A program made the position numbers and the translations under genes. Below, piece after piece: positions 20,193 to 29,418 of a stretch of DNA of 64,000 bases (positions within the stretch are counted from its first letter, which is position 1; each line of letters opens with the position of its first letter). Under the pieces are notes generated by a model, which saw only the letters and a list, made by a program, of their open reading frames with translations, searched no databases and was not told the origin of the DNA. This stretch comes from Trueperaceae bacterium. Lineage in GTDB: Bacteria > Deinococcota > Deinococci > Deinococcales > Trueperaceae. The DNA lies in contig OZ243956.1 in NCBI GenBank assembly GCA_965214405.1, positions 608,001-672,000 on the forward strand. Direction: 5' to 3'.

Positions 20193-20621
20193 GTGTACTT
20201 GCTCGATGCCAACTTCCTCATCTACACCTTCCGCGAAGACTCTCCTTTTCACCCCGTTTGTCGTGCCTGGCTCACCCAAACCCTGACGCGCGGCTATACC
20301 GTGCTCGCCCCTCCCATTGTTGAGGTGGCGCTCGTCAGAATCAACACCCTGCCGTCACTCGGGGAGCGCGCCGCGCCGCTCGAGGACGTTTTCGCGTTTT
20401 TAGAAGATTTGCACAAGCTGCCCATCTACCTGCACGCTCCTTCAAACAAAGTCGTGACCCACCTCTGGAAAGCGCTGTGCGAGAGCTACGCGTTAGGAGG
20501 CAATGATGTGAACGACGCCTACCTTGTGGCGCTGGCGCTCGAGCACGGTGCGACGCTGGTGAGTGCGGACAAGGGGTTTGGTAGGTTTGGGGAGCTTAGT
20601 TGGTTCGACCCAACGGAGTGA
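20193..20621 (+). CDS. PIN-domain toxin VapC
   Basis: YLLDANFL, VNDAYLVALALEHGATLVSADKGF acidic PIN residues. Confidence 0.9.
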   Translation: MYLLDANFLIYTFREDSPFHPVCRAWLTQTLTRGYTVLAPPIVEVALVRINTLPSLGERAAPLEDVFAFLEDLHKLPIYLHAPSNKVVTHLWKALCESYALGGNDVNDAYLVALALEHGATLVSADKGFGRFGELSWFDPTE

Positions 20622-20799
20622 AAAGTTACGCATATTGGTGTAATGGAACTAGCTGTGCGAGAAGATAGGTAGCTGAGGTCTATGAAGTTAACGAGAGGGT
20701 CTGGTGAGTTGGCGTGACGTAGATTTGGGGGCGGGGAAGGCGCGGAGGTTTGGGATGACAGAAGTATGCCAGAATACGAAATAGGTATCGAAACCTTTG

Positions 20800-20897
20800 G
20801 TTGCGTTAGCTTTTTTGTGAGGAATTGAAACTGTTTGGCGCAGAACTCTCTGGTGACCCTGGCCACGGTTGATAGCTTTCCTATGAGGAATTGAAAC
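20800..20897 (+). CRISPR. CRISPR mini-array: degenerate repeat, 36-nt spacer, 30-nt repeat
   Basis: GTTGATAGCTTTCCTATGAGGAATTGAAAC at 20868-20897; degenerate copy ending TGAGGAATTGAAAC at 20831 (23/30 identity); spacer 20832-20867; cas6 ~1.2 kb upstream. Confidence 0.75.
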
Positions 20898-20991
20898 TGC
20901 AAATGTCGTGGACATGAATTTGCAGCCTCACAGCCAAGTAGGTTGTGCCGCTACCAGGTCTTAGACTCTACCGAACATCATTAAATGCACG

Positions 20992-22812
20992 TTAGGCCAA
21001 CGCCGCCGGGTCATAGTCCGGCGACTGATGTCGGAAGTAGGTGTTGTAAAGCTCCGCGTAGTGCCCGCCCTCCTCCAAAAGCCCCTCGTGCGTGCCCTCT
21101 TCAATTACCTCCCCTTCGCTAAGGACGATGATGCGGTCTGCGGTGCGGATGGTGGACAGCCTGTGCGCGATGACGATGGCGGTGCGCTCGCGCAAGACGA
21201 CCTCGAGCCCCTCCTGAATCTGCGCCTCGGTGAGGGGGTCCACGCTGGCGGTGGCCTCGTCAAGAATCAAGATGCGCGGGTCCTGGAGGAGCACTCGAGA
21301 GAGAACCACGAGTTGACGCTGGCCCATTGATAAGCCCCGGCCCGCCTCGCCCACGTCGGTGTCGAGACCGTTGGGGAGGGACTCGAGCCAGTCCCCCCCG
21401 CCGACGCGCGCCGCCACGCGCAAGACCGCCTCGTCGGTCGCGTCCGGGGAGCCGTAGCGGACGTTGTCGCGGACCGTCCCGTTGAACAAAAAGGGCGTCT
21501 GCTGGACGATACCCAAATGACGGCGGTAGGCGGAGAGGTCGAGCGCGCGGACGCTGTGCCCGTCAATCAGCAGGTCGCCCCCCTGAAACTCGTAAAAACG
21601 CGCGACGAGCTTGCCCAGGCTCGACTTGCCCGCGCCCGTGTGACCCACCAGGGCGACGGTCTCCCCTGCCCGAATCGTCAGGTCGAAGTCGCGCAGGACT
21701 TGTTCTTGGGCCGTGTAGCGAAAACCAACACCGCGAAATTCGATGCGCCCGCGCAGGTTGGGCAGGTCCTGGTTATCCGTTTGCACCACCCGCGGCTCGG
21801 CGTCGACGAGCGCGAAAACGCGTTCGGAGGCGGCGAGGCCGAGTTGGAACTGGCTCCAGAACGAGGCGATGCTGGTCAGCGGAAAAAGAAAAAGCGCGAG
21901 GCTCTGGACGAACAAGTACCACTCGCCGGGGGTGAGCGCGCCGCCCAGCACGCCCCGCCCGCCGAAGTAGAGGACGAGCGCGGTGCCGACGCCCCCGAGC
22001 GCGCCGAGCACGGGGAAAATGGCGCTAAAAACGAGACCCTGGCGCAAGTTGAGCGCGTAGGACTGCGCGTTGACCTCGCCAAATTCGCGGTAGATGGTGC
22101 CCTCTTGCCGGAACGCCTTGGCGACGCCGATGCCCGTGACCGACTCCTGGACGGTCTGGTTCACCTGCGCGAGCACGCGCCGCGCCCCCTGGCTCGTGCG
22201 GCGCGCGACGCGGCGAAAGGCGAGCGCCGCCGCCACGATAAAGGGCGCGATGATGAGGACAATCAGCGTCAGCCGCACGTCGATAAAGAAGAGAATGCCA
22301 ACGATGATGACCACCTGCAAAACTTGGCTCATCAGGTTTAGCGTCAGCGTGACGACGGTGGAAAAGTCTTGCGTGTCCGAGGTCACACGGCTCACGACCT
22401 TGCCCGTCGAATACTCGTCGTAAAAGGACATGTCGCGCTCTAAAACCGCGTCAAAGGCGTCTTTGCGGAGGTTCAAGACGACGTTGCCGACCGCCCTGGC
22501 GGTGTAGCGCTGCCGAAAAAAGTTAAAGGTCCAGGACAGCACGCCCGCCGCGAGCACGGCGACGAGCAGCCACATGGTGCGGCCCCAGAGGCTCGAGTCG
22601 CCCACGTTGGGCGCACCCAACGCGTCGATGCCGCGCGAGATAAGAACCGGCAGCGCGGCGTCCATCGCCGCGTTCAGAAAAACCATCAAGGCAACAAACA
22701 CCATCACCCCCGCGAAGGGCCGGAAGTAGGAGAGGATGCGGCGCAAGAGTTGCCCGTCCGAGTAGGTGCGGTCGTAAGCCTCGCCGCCGAGGCCGTCCAT
22801 TACAAAGCCCAT
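20992..22812 (-). CDS. ABC exporter, fused TMD-NBD (heterodimer subunit)
   Basis: Six TM helices, GHTGAGKSS, LSMGQRQL, ILDEATAS, IAHRLS. Confidence 0.92.
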   Translation of the reverse strand: MGFVMDGLGGEAYDRTYSDGQLLRRILSYFRPFAGVMVFVALMVFLNAAMDAALPVLISRGIDALGAPNVGDSSLWGRTMWLLVAVLAAGVLSWTFNFFRQRYTARAVGNVVLNLRKDAFDAVLERDMSFYDEYSTGKVVSRVTSDTQDFSTVVTLTLNLMSQVLQVVIIVGILFFIDVRLTLIVLIIAPFIVAAALAFRRVARRTSQGARRVLAQVNQTVQESVTGIGVAKAFRQEGTIYREFGEVNAQSYALNLRQGLVFSAIFPVLGALGGVGTALVLYFGGRGVLGGALTPGEWYLFVQSLALFLFPLTSIASFWSQFQLGLAASERVFALVDAEPRVVQTDNQDLPNLRGRIEFRGVGFRYTAQEQVLRDFDLTIRAGETVALVGHTGAGKSSLGKLVARFYEFQGGDLLIDGHSVRALDLSAYRRHLGIVQQTPFLFNGTVRDNVRYGSPDATDEAVLRVAARVGGGDWLESLPNGLDTDVGEAGRGLSMGQRQLVVLSRVLLQDPRILILDEATASVDPLTEAQIQEGLEVVLRERTAIVIAHRLSTIRTADRIIVLSEGEVIEEGTHEGLLEEGGHYAELYNTYFRHQSPDYDPAALA

Positions 22813-22815
22813 AAG

Positions 22816-24609
22816 TCAATCCTCATAACGTGAGAAAATCCGGCGGTAGAGCGCGCAGCGTCCCAAAAGCTCCTCGTGCGTGCCCTTGTCGATGAGCGCC
22901 CCCTGGTGGAGCACCAAGATGGTGTCGGCGCGGCGGATTTGCGAGAGGCGGTGGGTGATCATCAGGGTGGTGCGGCCCTCCAACACGCGGTTGATGGCGC
23001 TCTGAATCTCGTCCTCGGTCGCGCTGTCGACCGCGCTGGTGGCGTCGTCTAAGATGAGAATGCGGGGGTCGGTGAGGAGCGCCCTCGCAATCGCCAGCCG
23101 CTGCCGCTGCCCGCCCGAGAGCGTCGCGCCGCGCTCGCCGATGATGGTGTCGTAGCCCTCAAGAAAATGACGGATAAAGCCGTCCGCCTGCGCGGCCTTG
23201 GCGGCCTCCACCACCGCCCCCCGGTCCGCCTCACCAAGCCCAAACGCGATATTGTCCGCGACAGAGCGCGAGAAGAGAAACACGTCTTGCTCGATGACCG
23301 AGACCTGCGAGCGCAGCGAGGAGAGGTTCCAGTCGCGCACGTCCACCCCGTCGACCAGGATGCGCCCCTTCGAAACGTCGTAGACGCGGTTGACAAGCTT
23401 CGTCAGCGTCGACTTGCCCGAGCCCGTCTGCCCGACGATGGCGACGGTTTCGCCTGGCTTGGCGGTAAAGGTGATGTCGCGCAGAATGAGGTCACCCTCG
23501 CCTCCGCCGTAACCAAAAGACACGTTCTCAAAAACAATCACACCCTCGACGGGCGCTGTGTGACCGCCCGCGTTCTCATCCAACTCGGTTTCCTGGCGCA
23601 TGAGTTCTAAAATCCGCTCCGCGCCCGCGAAGCCGAGTTGCACGAGCGAAAAGGTGAAGACCGAGATAAAGGCGGGAAACTGGAGCACCCCGACGAGGCC
23701 CATGTAGGCGACCAAATCCCCCACCGAGAGCGCGCCCCTCGAGAGCAGCAGAAGCCCGTGCGCAAAACTTCCCGCCAGGGCTACGCTAAAGAGCAAAATG
23801 GGTAAATAGCGCGCCTGCACCTCGCCCTGCTCGACAAAGCGGTCACGGTAGCGCGAGGCGTTCTGGACGAATCTCCCGCGCTCCCCCGCCTCTTGCACCG
23901 CCGACTTGACCACCTCGATGCCGGTGACCGTCTCGTTGAGCCCGGCGTTAAGGTCGCCAAAGCTTCTGCGTATCGCGCCCGACACGGGGTTTAGGCGCCG
24001 CATATAGTCGCGCAGCGCGAAGCCGAACGCGACCACGAAGAGTAGGGGCGCGAGGAGCAACACGGGGTCGATAAACGCGATAAACACGAGCGGCGTGATG
24101 ATGCCCGTAATCGATTCGGTAATGAGCGACACGCCGGGGTTCATCATCGGGTTGAGCTGGCGCACGTCGTTGGCGGCTCGAGCCATGATGTCGCCCACGC
24201 GCTGGCGGTTGTGGAAGGTTTGACTTTTGCCCAGCAGGCTCAAGTAGAGTTCGTCTCGAGCGTCGCGCTCTAGCCGCTGCCCCAGCGTCTCGACCGAAAA
24301 CGAGCTGAGGAGGTCGAGCACCCCGCGCACCACCGCGATGCCGAGCACCGCGAGCGCGATGAGCGCCAAACGCCGCGCGCTCGGCTGGGCCTTGAGCACC
24401 TCGTCAAACGCCACCCCGGTGAGTCGCGGCACGGCGGAAAAAAGGACGTTGGTGAGGAGGCCCGTCACCAGAAACCCGGTGATAAAACCTTTGTAACGCG
24501 CTAGGTGCGAGAGAATCCAGCGTAGGGGGCTCGAGCGGTCATAGACGTGCGCGCCGGATACGGTGAATTCGCCCTTGGACGGGTTGACGGGAAGGGATTG
24601 AACAGCCAT
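22816..24609 (-). CDS. ABC exporter, fused TMD-NBD with degenerate Walker B
   Basis: GQTGSGKST, LSGGQRQR, ILDDATSAVD (E-to-D typical of heterodimeric exporters). Confidence 0.92.
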   Translation of the reverse strand: MAVQSLPVNPSKGEFTVSGAHVYDRSSPLRWILSHLARYKGFITGFLVTGLLTNVLFSAVPRLTGVAFDEVLKAQPSARRLALIALAVLGIAVVRGVLDLLSSFSVETLGQRLERDARDELYLSLLGKSQTFHNRQRVGDIMARAANDVRQLNPMMNPGVSLITESITGIITPLVFIAFIDPVLLLAPLLFVVAFGFALRDYMRRLNPVSGAIRRSFGDLNAGLNETVTGIEVVKSAVQEAGERGRFVQNASRYRDRFVEQGEVQARYLPILLFSVALAGSFAHGLLLLSRGALSVGDLVAYMGLVGVLQFPAFISVFTFSLVQLGFAGAERILELMRQETELDENAGGHTAPVEGVIVFENVSFGYGGGEGDLILRDITFTAKPGETVAIVGQTGSGKSTLTKLVNRVYDVSKGRILVDGVDVRDWNLSSLRSQVSVIEQDVFLFSRSVADNIAFGLGEADRGAVVEAAKAAQADGFIRHFLEGYDTIIGERGATLSGGQRQRLAIARALLTDPRILILDDATSAVDSATEDEIQSAINRVLEGRTTLMITHRLSQIRRADTILVLHQGALIDKGTHEELLGRCALYRRIFSRYED

Positions 24610-24874
24610 AATCACCTGCTTTGGTGCGTTCGGATATGAGAAGGCAAGATGAGGGCGTGATTTTTCGGCCCCACGTGCGGATTTGTATGGGCAGTTATAA
24701 ATGTAATGGTGACGGGTGAGGCTCGAGGCTTAGGGCGTCACAAGGCGCAGCGTCCTAACTAACGCTGCGACAGCCACAGGTTGGGGCGGGGCTCCTACTT
24801 ACGTCATCGTATGCGACCCTTCCAAGGTGTGTCAAGATGACAACTCCTGACACCTCTTTAATAGCCGCACAGGG

Positions 24875-25597
24875 CTAAGCACCCCTATTTATGTAAGCGT
24901 CTCCTATCAGTACCGGAACCGCCGCGCTGACGCCAAAGGCTGCCGCGAGTTCTACATCCCTTTCAAAACCGCGTGAGGTGAGTTCTCTTCCGGAGGCGCA
25001 AGTTTTCAAGGTTTGCTCGAGGTCCGCCAAGCTCTCAAACGCAGCCTTGGCCGCGGCTGCTTCGGGGGATAACGCGCGGTCCAAAAGGCTAATGAGCGCG
25101 CCCGCGCCCAGGAGGTCCTCGAGCGCAACCCGCAAGCCCCCATCCTCCCAACGTTCTCCTGCGGGAACAACCGTGACGGTGGCGAAATGCTCACGCACGT
25201 ACCTTGCCACGGCGGGGGCGTTTCGCAAACACGCGCTGAGGACAGTGCTGCGTCCGGAAGCGAGGCGGGTCAGACTCGAGCCGTTGGGTGAGGGTAAGAC
25301 TAAGCGCGGCCCCGCCGGGAGGGTTTGCAAGGAGGCGGGAGAGAGGGAAAAGCCCTCGCCGCCACGTTTAACCGCAAGCAGCGCCCCCTTCTCAGCAGCG
25401 TAAAGGGCGGCGGTCGCGTCTCGCCACGCGTAGGGGAAAAGGAGCGCGCCGCAGGCGCTGGCGACGTCCACGCAGGTTGAAAAGGAGAGAACGTCAACTA
25501 TCACCACCGCGTCGGTGTTGGGGGCAAGGTGGGTGAGGGCGTTTGCGGCCCACTCGAGCCTCACCTCATAGTCAGTTTGGCTATAAACTTCGGTCAC
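24875..25597 (-). CDS. 2-phosphosulfolactate phosphatase (ComB family)
   Basis: IVDVLSFSTCV, SLSPAS, LPSPNGS, ACLRNA, AGERW, EDLLGAG. Confidence 0.85.
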   Translation of the reverse strand: MTEVYSQTDYEVRLEWAANALTHLAPNTDAVVIVDVLSFSTCVDVASACGALLFPYAWRDATAALYAAEKGALLAVKRGGEGFSLSPASLQTLPAGPRLVLPSPNGSSLTRLASGRSTVLSACLRNAPAVARYVREHFATVTVVPAGERWEDGGLRVALEDLLGAGALISLLDRALSPEAAAAKAAFESLADLEQTLKTCASGRELTSRGFERDVELAAAFGVSAAVPVLIGDAYINRGA

Positions 25598-25601
25598 AGG
25601 G

Positions 25602-25841
25602 TTAAAGGGACGCGCCAACAACGATCAGAACGATGCCAATCACGACCAGCGCCAGCCAGGTGGGCGCTTGGGTGAGCGCCTTGAGAAGTTCGGTGAGGGC
25701 TTTGATAAAGTCCGTGGGCGGCGGAGCGGCTTGTACACGCGGTTTAGCGCGTTCGCGGAAGAGTTGCGCCACGCCTCCGGCGAGTCCGGCGACGAGCGTG
25801 AGGATGCCCAAAATGACGAGCGCGAGACCGGCGAAGTTCAC
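25602..25841 (-). CDS. Small two-TM membrane protein
   Basis: Two hydrophobic helices; fits the operon with 3-4 bp gaps. Confidence 0.55.
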   Translation of the reverse strand: MNFAGLALVILGILTLVAGLAGGVAQLFRERAKPRVQAAPPPTDFIKALTELLKALTQAPTWLALVVIGIVLIVVGASL

Positions 25842-25844
25842 CCT

Positions 25845-26336
25845 TTAGGTCTTCTCTGCGACTTCACCGGCATCCTCACCCGTGTCCTCACCTATGTCCT
25901 CAGCCCACACGTCGGGATGCTCGAGGATAAACCTTTGGAGCAGGGTTCTACACGCTTGTGAGTCCAAATCCACGACCTCCACGCCGTTTTCGCGCAGCCA
26001 GTCTATTCCGCCCCCGAATGTTGCCGACTCGCCCACCACCACCGTGCCGATGCCGAACTGGCGCACCAGACCGCTACAGTACCAGCAGGGAGCCAGCGTC
26101 GTGACCATGACCGTGTCGCGGTACGAGCGCCTGCGGCCCGCCTGGCGAAACGCGTCCGTTTCGGCGTGAATGGAGGGGCCGCCCGACTGCACGCGGCGGT
26201 TGTGACCGCGCCCGAGGAGCGCGCCGTCACGAGAAAAGAGCGCCGCGCCGATGGGCACGCCGCCCTCGGAGCGCCCCGCCTCGGCTTCGGCGAGGGCGAC
26301 CTCCAACATGCTTTCATAATCGGGATTTTGGCTCAC
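25845..26336 (-). CDS. Nucleoside/cytosine deaminase (CDA family)
   Basis: HAETDA and PCWYC zinc motifs, GGVPIGA. Confidence 0.9.
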   Translation of the reverse strand: MSQNPDYESMLEVALAEAEAGRSEGGVPIGAALFSRDGALLGRGHNRRVQSGGPSIHAETDAFRQAGRRRSYRDTVMVTTLAPCWYCSGLVRQFGIGTVVVGESATFGGGIDWLRENGVEVVDLDSQACRTLLQRFILEHPDVWAEDIGEDTGEDAGEVAEKT

Positions 26337-26386
26337 GGTCGGCCTCCACAGAGGGTGTGGGCAGTGTAGCATCACGCGCTGTTCCG

Positions 26387-26902
26387 TCAAGCACAGCAGG
26401 GGGAGCTCGAGGGGCCGCAGCAGCCAGCGTCTGAAGCGTTGATAACGCTCAAAGCCTGCATTTTAGACGTCTCGAGCGCCCGGTCTCGAGCCTTGCAGGT
26501 TACGTGGGGGGACCTAAGCCTCACCACCACCTCTCCCGCCCCCACGTCGATACCCTCAACATGGTAAGCAACAGCGGGCGCACCCGCGTCGCCGTACTCC
26601 ACGCGCACGTCGGCGGTTTCTGTGACGGGCACATTGGCGGTCACGCGCTCGAGGATATTTAAGAACTTCTGCGCGCTCATGAAGGTATCTTCCGCGCCCT
26701 CCGGCACCCAAAGTTGAACCACGGTCTCCGCCCACGCGTCCTCCTGAGCGCCGCAGTCCACCGCCCGAATATTCACCGCCCTCACCTCGGTCACGTGATA
26801 GCCCGCGCCGATGCGGACGCCTTTACCGTCCGCGCGGCGTTCGAAAATGAGCGCTCTGTCGGCAGCAGCTTCTAGTGTGGTAACAAACGTTTGGTGATTC
26901 AT
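26387..26902 (-). CDS. DUF6428-like protein with Cys-rich tail
   Basis: GYHVTEV, DCG, VVQLW, VEYG, TCKA, C-terminal CC..CC. Confidence 0.7.
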   Translation of the reverse strand: MNHQTFVTTLEAAADRALIFERRADGKGVRIGAGYHVTEVRAVNIRAVDCGAQEDAWAETVVQLWVPEGAEDTFMSAQKFLNILERVTANVPVTETADVRVEYGDAGAPAVAYHVEGIDVGAGEVVVRLRSPHVTCKARDRALETSKMQALSVINASDAGCCGPSSSPCCA

Positions 26903-26919
26903 GGAGCCTCCTAAAGAAA

Positions 26920-26941
26920 TAGATTGAGAGTTATCAATATG
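26920..26941. promoter_or_regulatory. Putative ArsR operator upstream of the DUF6428-like gene
   Basis: TAGATT-N10-AATATG, matching the site at 27350-27371. Confidence 0.55.
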
Positions 26942-26981
26942 TTTGGCGAGGGCGGTGCTTTCTTTCGAAAAAGAGATGATA

Positions 26982-27332
26982 CTAACCGCCCAGACCGGGT
27001 AACGCCGACTTGACGAGGTCGAAGCCCGCAGGGTTGACGCGGTAGTACATCCACTTGCCGCGTTTGTCGCCCGTGACGAGCGCGGCGGAAACGAGGCACT
27101 TCATATGGTGGCTCACTGTGGGTTGCGAGAGGCCGGTGACACTCTCTAAGTCACACGCGCACACGCCTTCACCGGGGGCGCAGCAGCTTGCGTCTTGCTG
27201 CGCTAAATGAGCCAGAATCTTGAGGCGCGAGGGGTCGGAGAGGGCCTTAAAGGTCCAGGCGGTCGTGCTAAAGGAGGCGTCGAGGGAGGGCTCGAGCGGG
27301 CTCGAGGGTCTTTCAATCGTTTCTACAGTCAT
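26982..27332 (-). CDS. ArsR/SmtB family metalloregulator
   Basis: FKALSDPSRLKIL, CC and CACDL, LSQPTVSHHMK, RGKWMYY. Confidence 0.92.
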   Translation of the reverse strand: MTVETIERPSSPLEPSLDASFSTTAWTFKALSDPSRLKILAHLAQQDASCCAPGEGVCACDLESVTGLSQPTVSHHMKCLVSAALVTGDKRGKWMYYRVNPAGFDLVKSALPGLGG

Positions 27333-27349
27333 AAAGACATCCTAATGCA

Positions 27350-27371
27350 CATATTTACGTTTGTCAATATG
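27350..27371. promoter_or_regulatory. Putative ArsR autoregulatory operator
   Basis: CATATT-N10-AATATG inverted repeat ~18 bp upstream of arsR. Confidence 0.6.
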
Positions 27372-27430
27372 AATGGTTCTACGACAACAGCTTTCTCCTT
27401 TTGCTGAGGGCTCGAGTCCAGCACCACACA

Positions 27431-28672
27431 TCACGTTGCCTCAGGCTCTACAGTCTTCCGCCGCGTCCTGAAGAGCACCACCACGCCCGCCAGCACGTAC
27501 GTCACGGCGTCAACATTGATGACCATCACGCCTAACGTGTCCCCCAAGTAGCCTGACACGGCCATGCCCAAAAGCTGGAACAGGCTGAAGGTGGCGAAGT
27601 AGCTCCCGAACACCCGCCCGCGCTTTTCAGGTTGCGCTTCGGTTTGTAACAGCGTCATCTGCGCCGTGCCCCAGGCGGCGAAGGGCAACCCGGCGAGCGC
27701 CGTCAGCACCAGGACGGGCCACAAGGCGGGATAGACGAGAGGAAGGTTGAAGATGGGAATGAGGAGGAGGCCGCCAAAAAGCCCGCCCCACGCCAGGAGT
27801 TTCGCAGCGGGTACGCGGTCGGCGTAGCCCGTCAGCAGCACCCCTGCCGCGATACCGCCGACCGCCTGGGCTGAGAAGAGGTAGCCGAGTTCGGGTCCAC
27901 CCCCGCCCAACATCACCGTTATGAAGGGCGCTATGAGCGTCGAGATGAAGCCTTCACCAAAACCGACCAGGGCGGCGGTCACAAAGCTGAGCATGAGCAG
28001 ATGATTTGTCCGCACCGCCTCGAGCCCCTCACGCCACTCGGCCAAGAGTCGCCGGTACGGCCCCAGCGCTGGCTGGTCTAACGCGCCGGACTTTTTCTCC
28101 CTCCCTCGCCCCTTTACACTGAGAATGAGCAGCGCGGCGACAAGGTAGGTAAGCGCGTCCACCATAACCACCCCCGCAAAGCCGAGCCCAGCCACGAGCA
28201 GGCCGCCAACCGCAGGACCGACGAGCCGCGCCAAGTTATTATTAAGCGCGTTGAGACTGTTCGCCGCTCCCAGGCGCTCCTTTGAAACCAACGTCTGCAA
28301 CAGCGCGTTCTCGGCGGGACCGAGAAACTGCCCTACTGAAGCCTGAACAAAAGCGACCGGCACGACCAGCCACCAGGGCGCGCGCGTCACGCTCAAAAAC
28401 AGCAGGGTCACGGGGACGAGGAGACTATTGGCCGCGAGCATCGTGCGTCGGTAGTCCCAGCGGTCGACCAAGACCCCCGCAATTTGACCCACTAGAATAG
28501 CGGGCAGCGCGTTCGCCATGACGCTGAGGCCCGTTGCTAGGGTCGAACTCGTCTCGCTATAGACGTAAAGGGGCAGCGCGACGAAGAGCATGGTGTTGCC
28601 GACGCCGGAGATGAGACCCGCCCACCACACGAGCATAAAATCCCGGTTGCGCAGAAGTTGAAGAGAAGCCAT
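27431..28672 (-). CDS. MFS transporter
   Basis: ~12 TM helices, GVLVDRWDYRR motif A, RGRVFG. Confidence 0.88.
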   Translation of the reverse strand: MASLQLLRNRDFMLVWWAGLISGVGNTMLFVALPLYVYSETSSTLATGLSVMANALPAILVGQIAGVLVDRWDYRRTMLAANSLLVPVTLLFLSVTRAPWWLVVPVAFVQASVGQFLGPAENALLQTLVSKERLGAANSLNALNNNLARLVGPAVGGLLVAGLGFAGVVMVDALTYLVAALLILSVKGRGREKKSGALDQPALGPYRRLLAEWREGLEAVRTNHLLMLSFVTAALVGFGEGFISTLIAPFITVMLGGGGPELGYLFSAQAVGGIAAGVLLTGYADRVPAAKLLAWGGLFGGLLLIPIFNLPLVYPALWPVLVLTALAGLPFAAWGTAQMTLLQTEAQPEKRGRVFGSYFATFSLFQLLGMAVSGYLGDTLGVMVINVDAVTYVLAGVVVLFRTRRKTVEPEAT

Positions 28673-28702
28673 ACGAAAAGCATCGGTGCTAAGCTACTCA
28701 AA

Positions 28703-29392
28703 ATGACAGACCCAGATTCGGGTAGCTTTCCCGCCGGTAACTTTCACACCGTATCCGACCCAACGCAAGCGCGGCTGCTGACGGAGCCGAAGAGTAAAGC
28801 GTTTTTCAAGCCCTTTTTGGCGGCAGAGCGCAGCGCCAGCGAGGCGGCGGCGGAACTCGGCTGTGGGCTTAGCAGGGTGCTCTACCGCATCAAAACCCTT
28901 TTAGATGCGGGACTGCTCGAGCCCACCCGCGAGAAAAAACGCAAAGGGCGCGCCATTAAATACTACCGCTCGGTTCACGACGCCTACTTTGTCCCTTTCG
29001 TCCTGACGCCCTACGCCACGCTCGAGGAGCGGCTCGAGGCGCAGGCCGCGCCCATTTTCGCCGACCTCATTCGTTCTTACGCGGACGCGCTGGGGAGGAG
29101 CGAACGCTACGGCAATTATTTGTTTCGGACGACTGACGGGGCCGTGGCAACCACCGACGCCGTGCCCGAACTTCTGCCCTCCGGATTGCCTGTGACGTAT
29201 TCGGACACGGTGGTGAGGCTTTCCAAGGAGGAGGCTGTGCAGCTTGCCGCGGCGTTGCGGGCGCTTTTTGAAGGGGCTGTGGCTCGAGATGCGGGGGCTC
29301 GAGCCATCACCAACCAAGCCGAGGCGCGTGCGGAGACCGCAGAGGCCAAGGATTACTTTTTGATGGTGGCTATGATGCCTTTGGCGCGGTAA
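28703..29392 (+). CDS. Winged-helix DNA-binding protein divergent from the MFS gene
   Basis: SASEAAAELG...LYRIKTLLDAGLL...RKGRAIKYYR. Confidence 0.7.
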   Translation: MTDPDSGSFPAGNFHTVSDPTQARLLTEPKSKAFFKPFLAAERSASEAAAELGCGLSRVLYRIKTLLDAGLLEPTREKKRKGRAIKYYRSVHDAYFVPFVLTPYATLEERLEAQAAPIFADLIRSYADALGRSERYGNYLFRTTDGAVATTDAVPELLPSGLPVTYSDTVVRLSKEEAVQLAAALRALFEGAVARDAGARAITNQAEARAETAEAKDYFLMVAMMPLAR

Positions 29393-29418
29393 CTGTTTCC
29401 GTACTCGTTACATATATA

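Noticed and set aside
20898..20975. Third CRISPR repeat downstream of 20897
   Set aside because: No ATTGAAAC-like end at the expected spacing.
24709..24728. Fourth copy of the TA-island repeat (TGACGGGTGAGGCTCGAG)
   Set aside because: Only a gapped short resemblance driven by the abundant GGCTCGAG; no matching inner stem.
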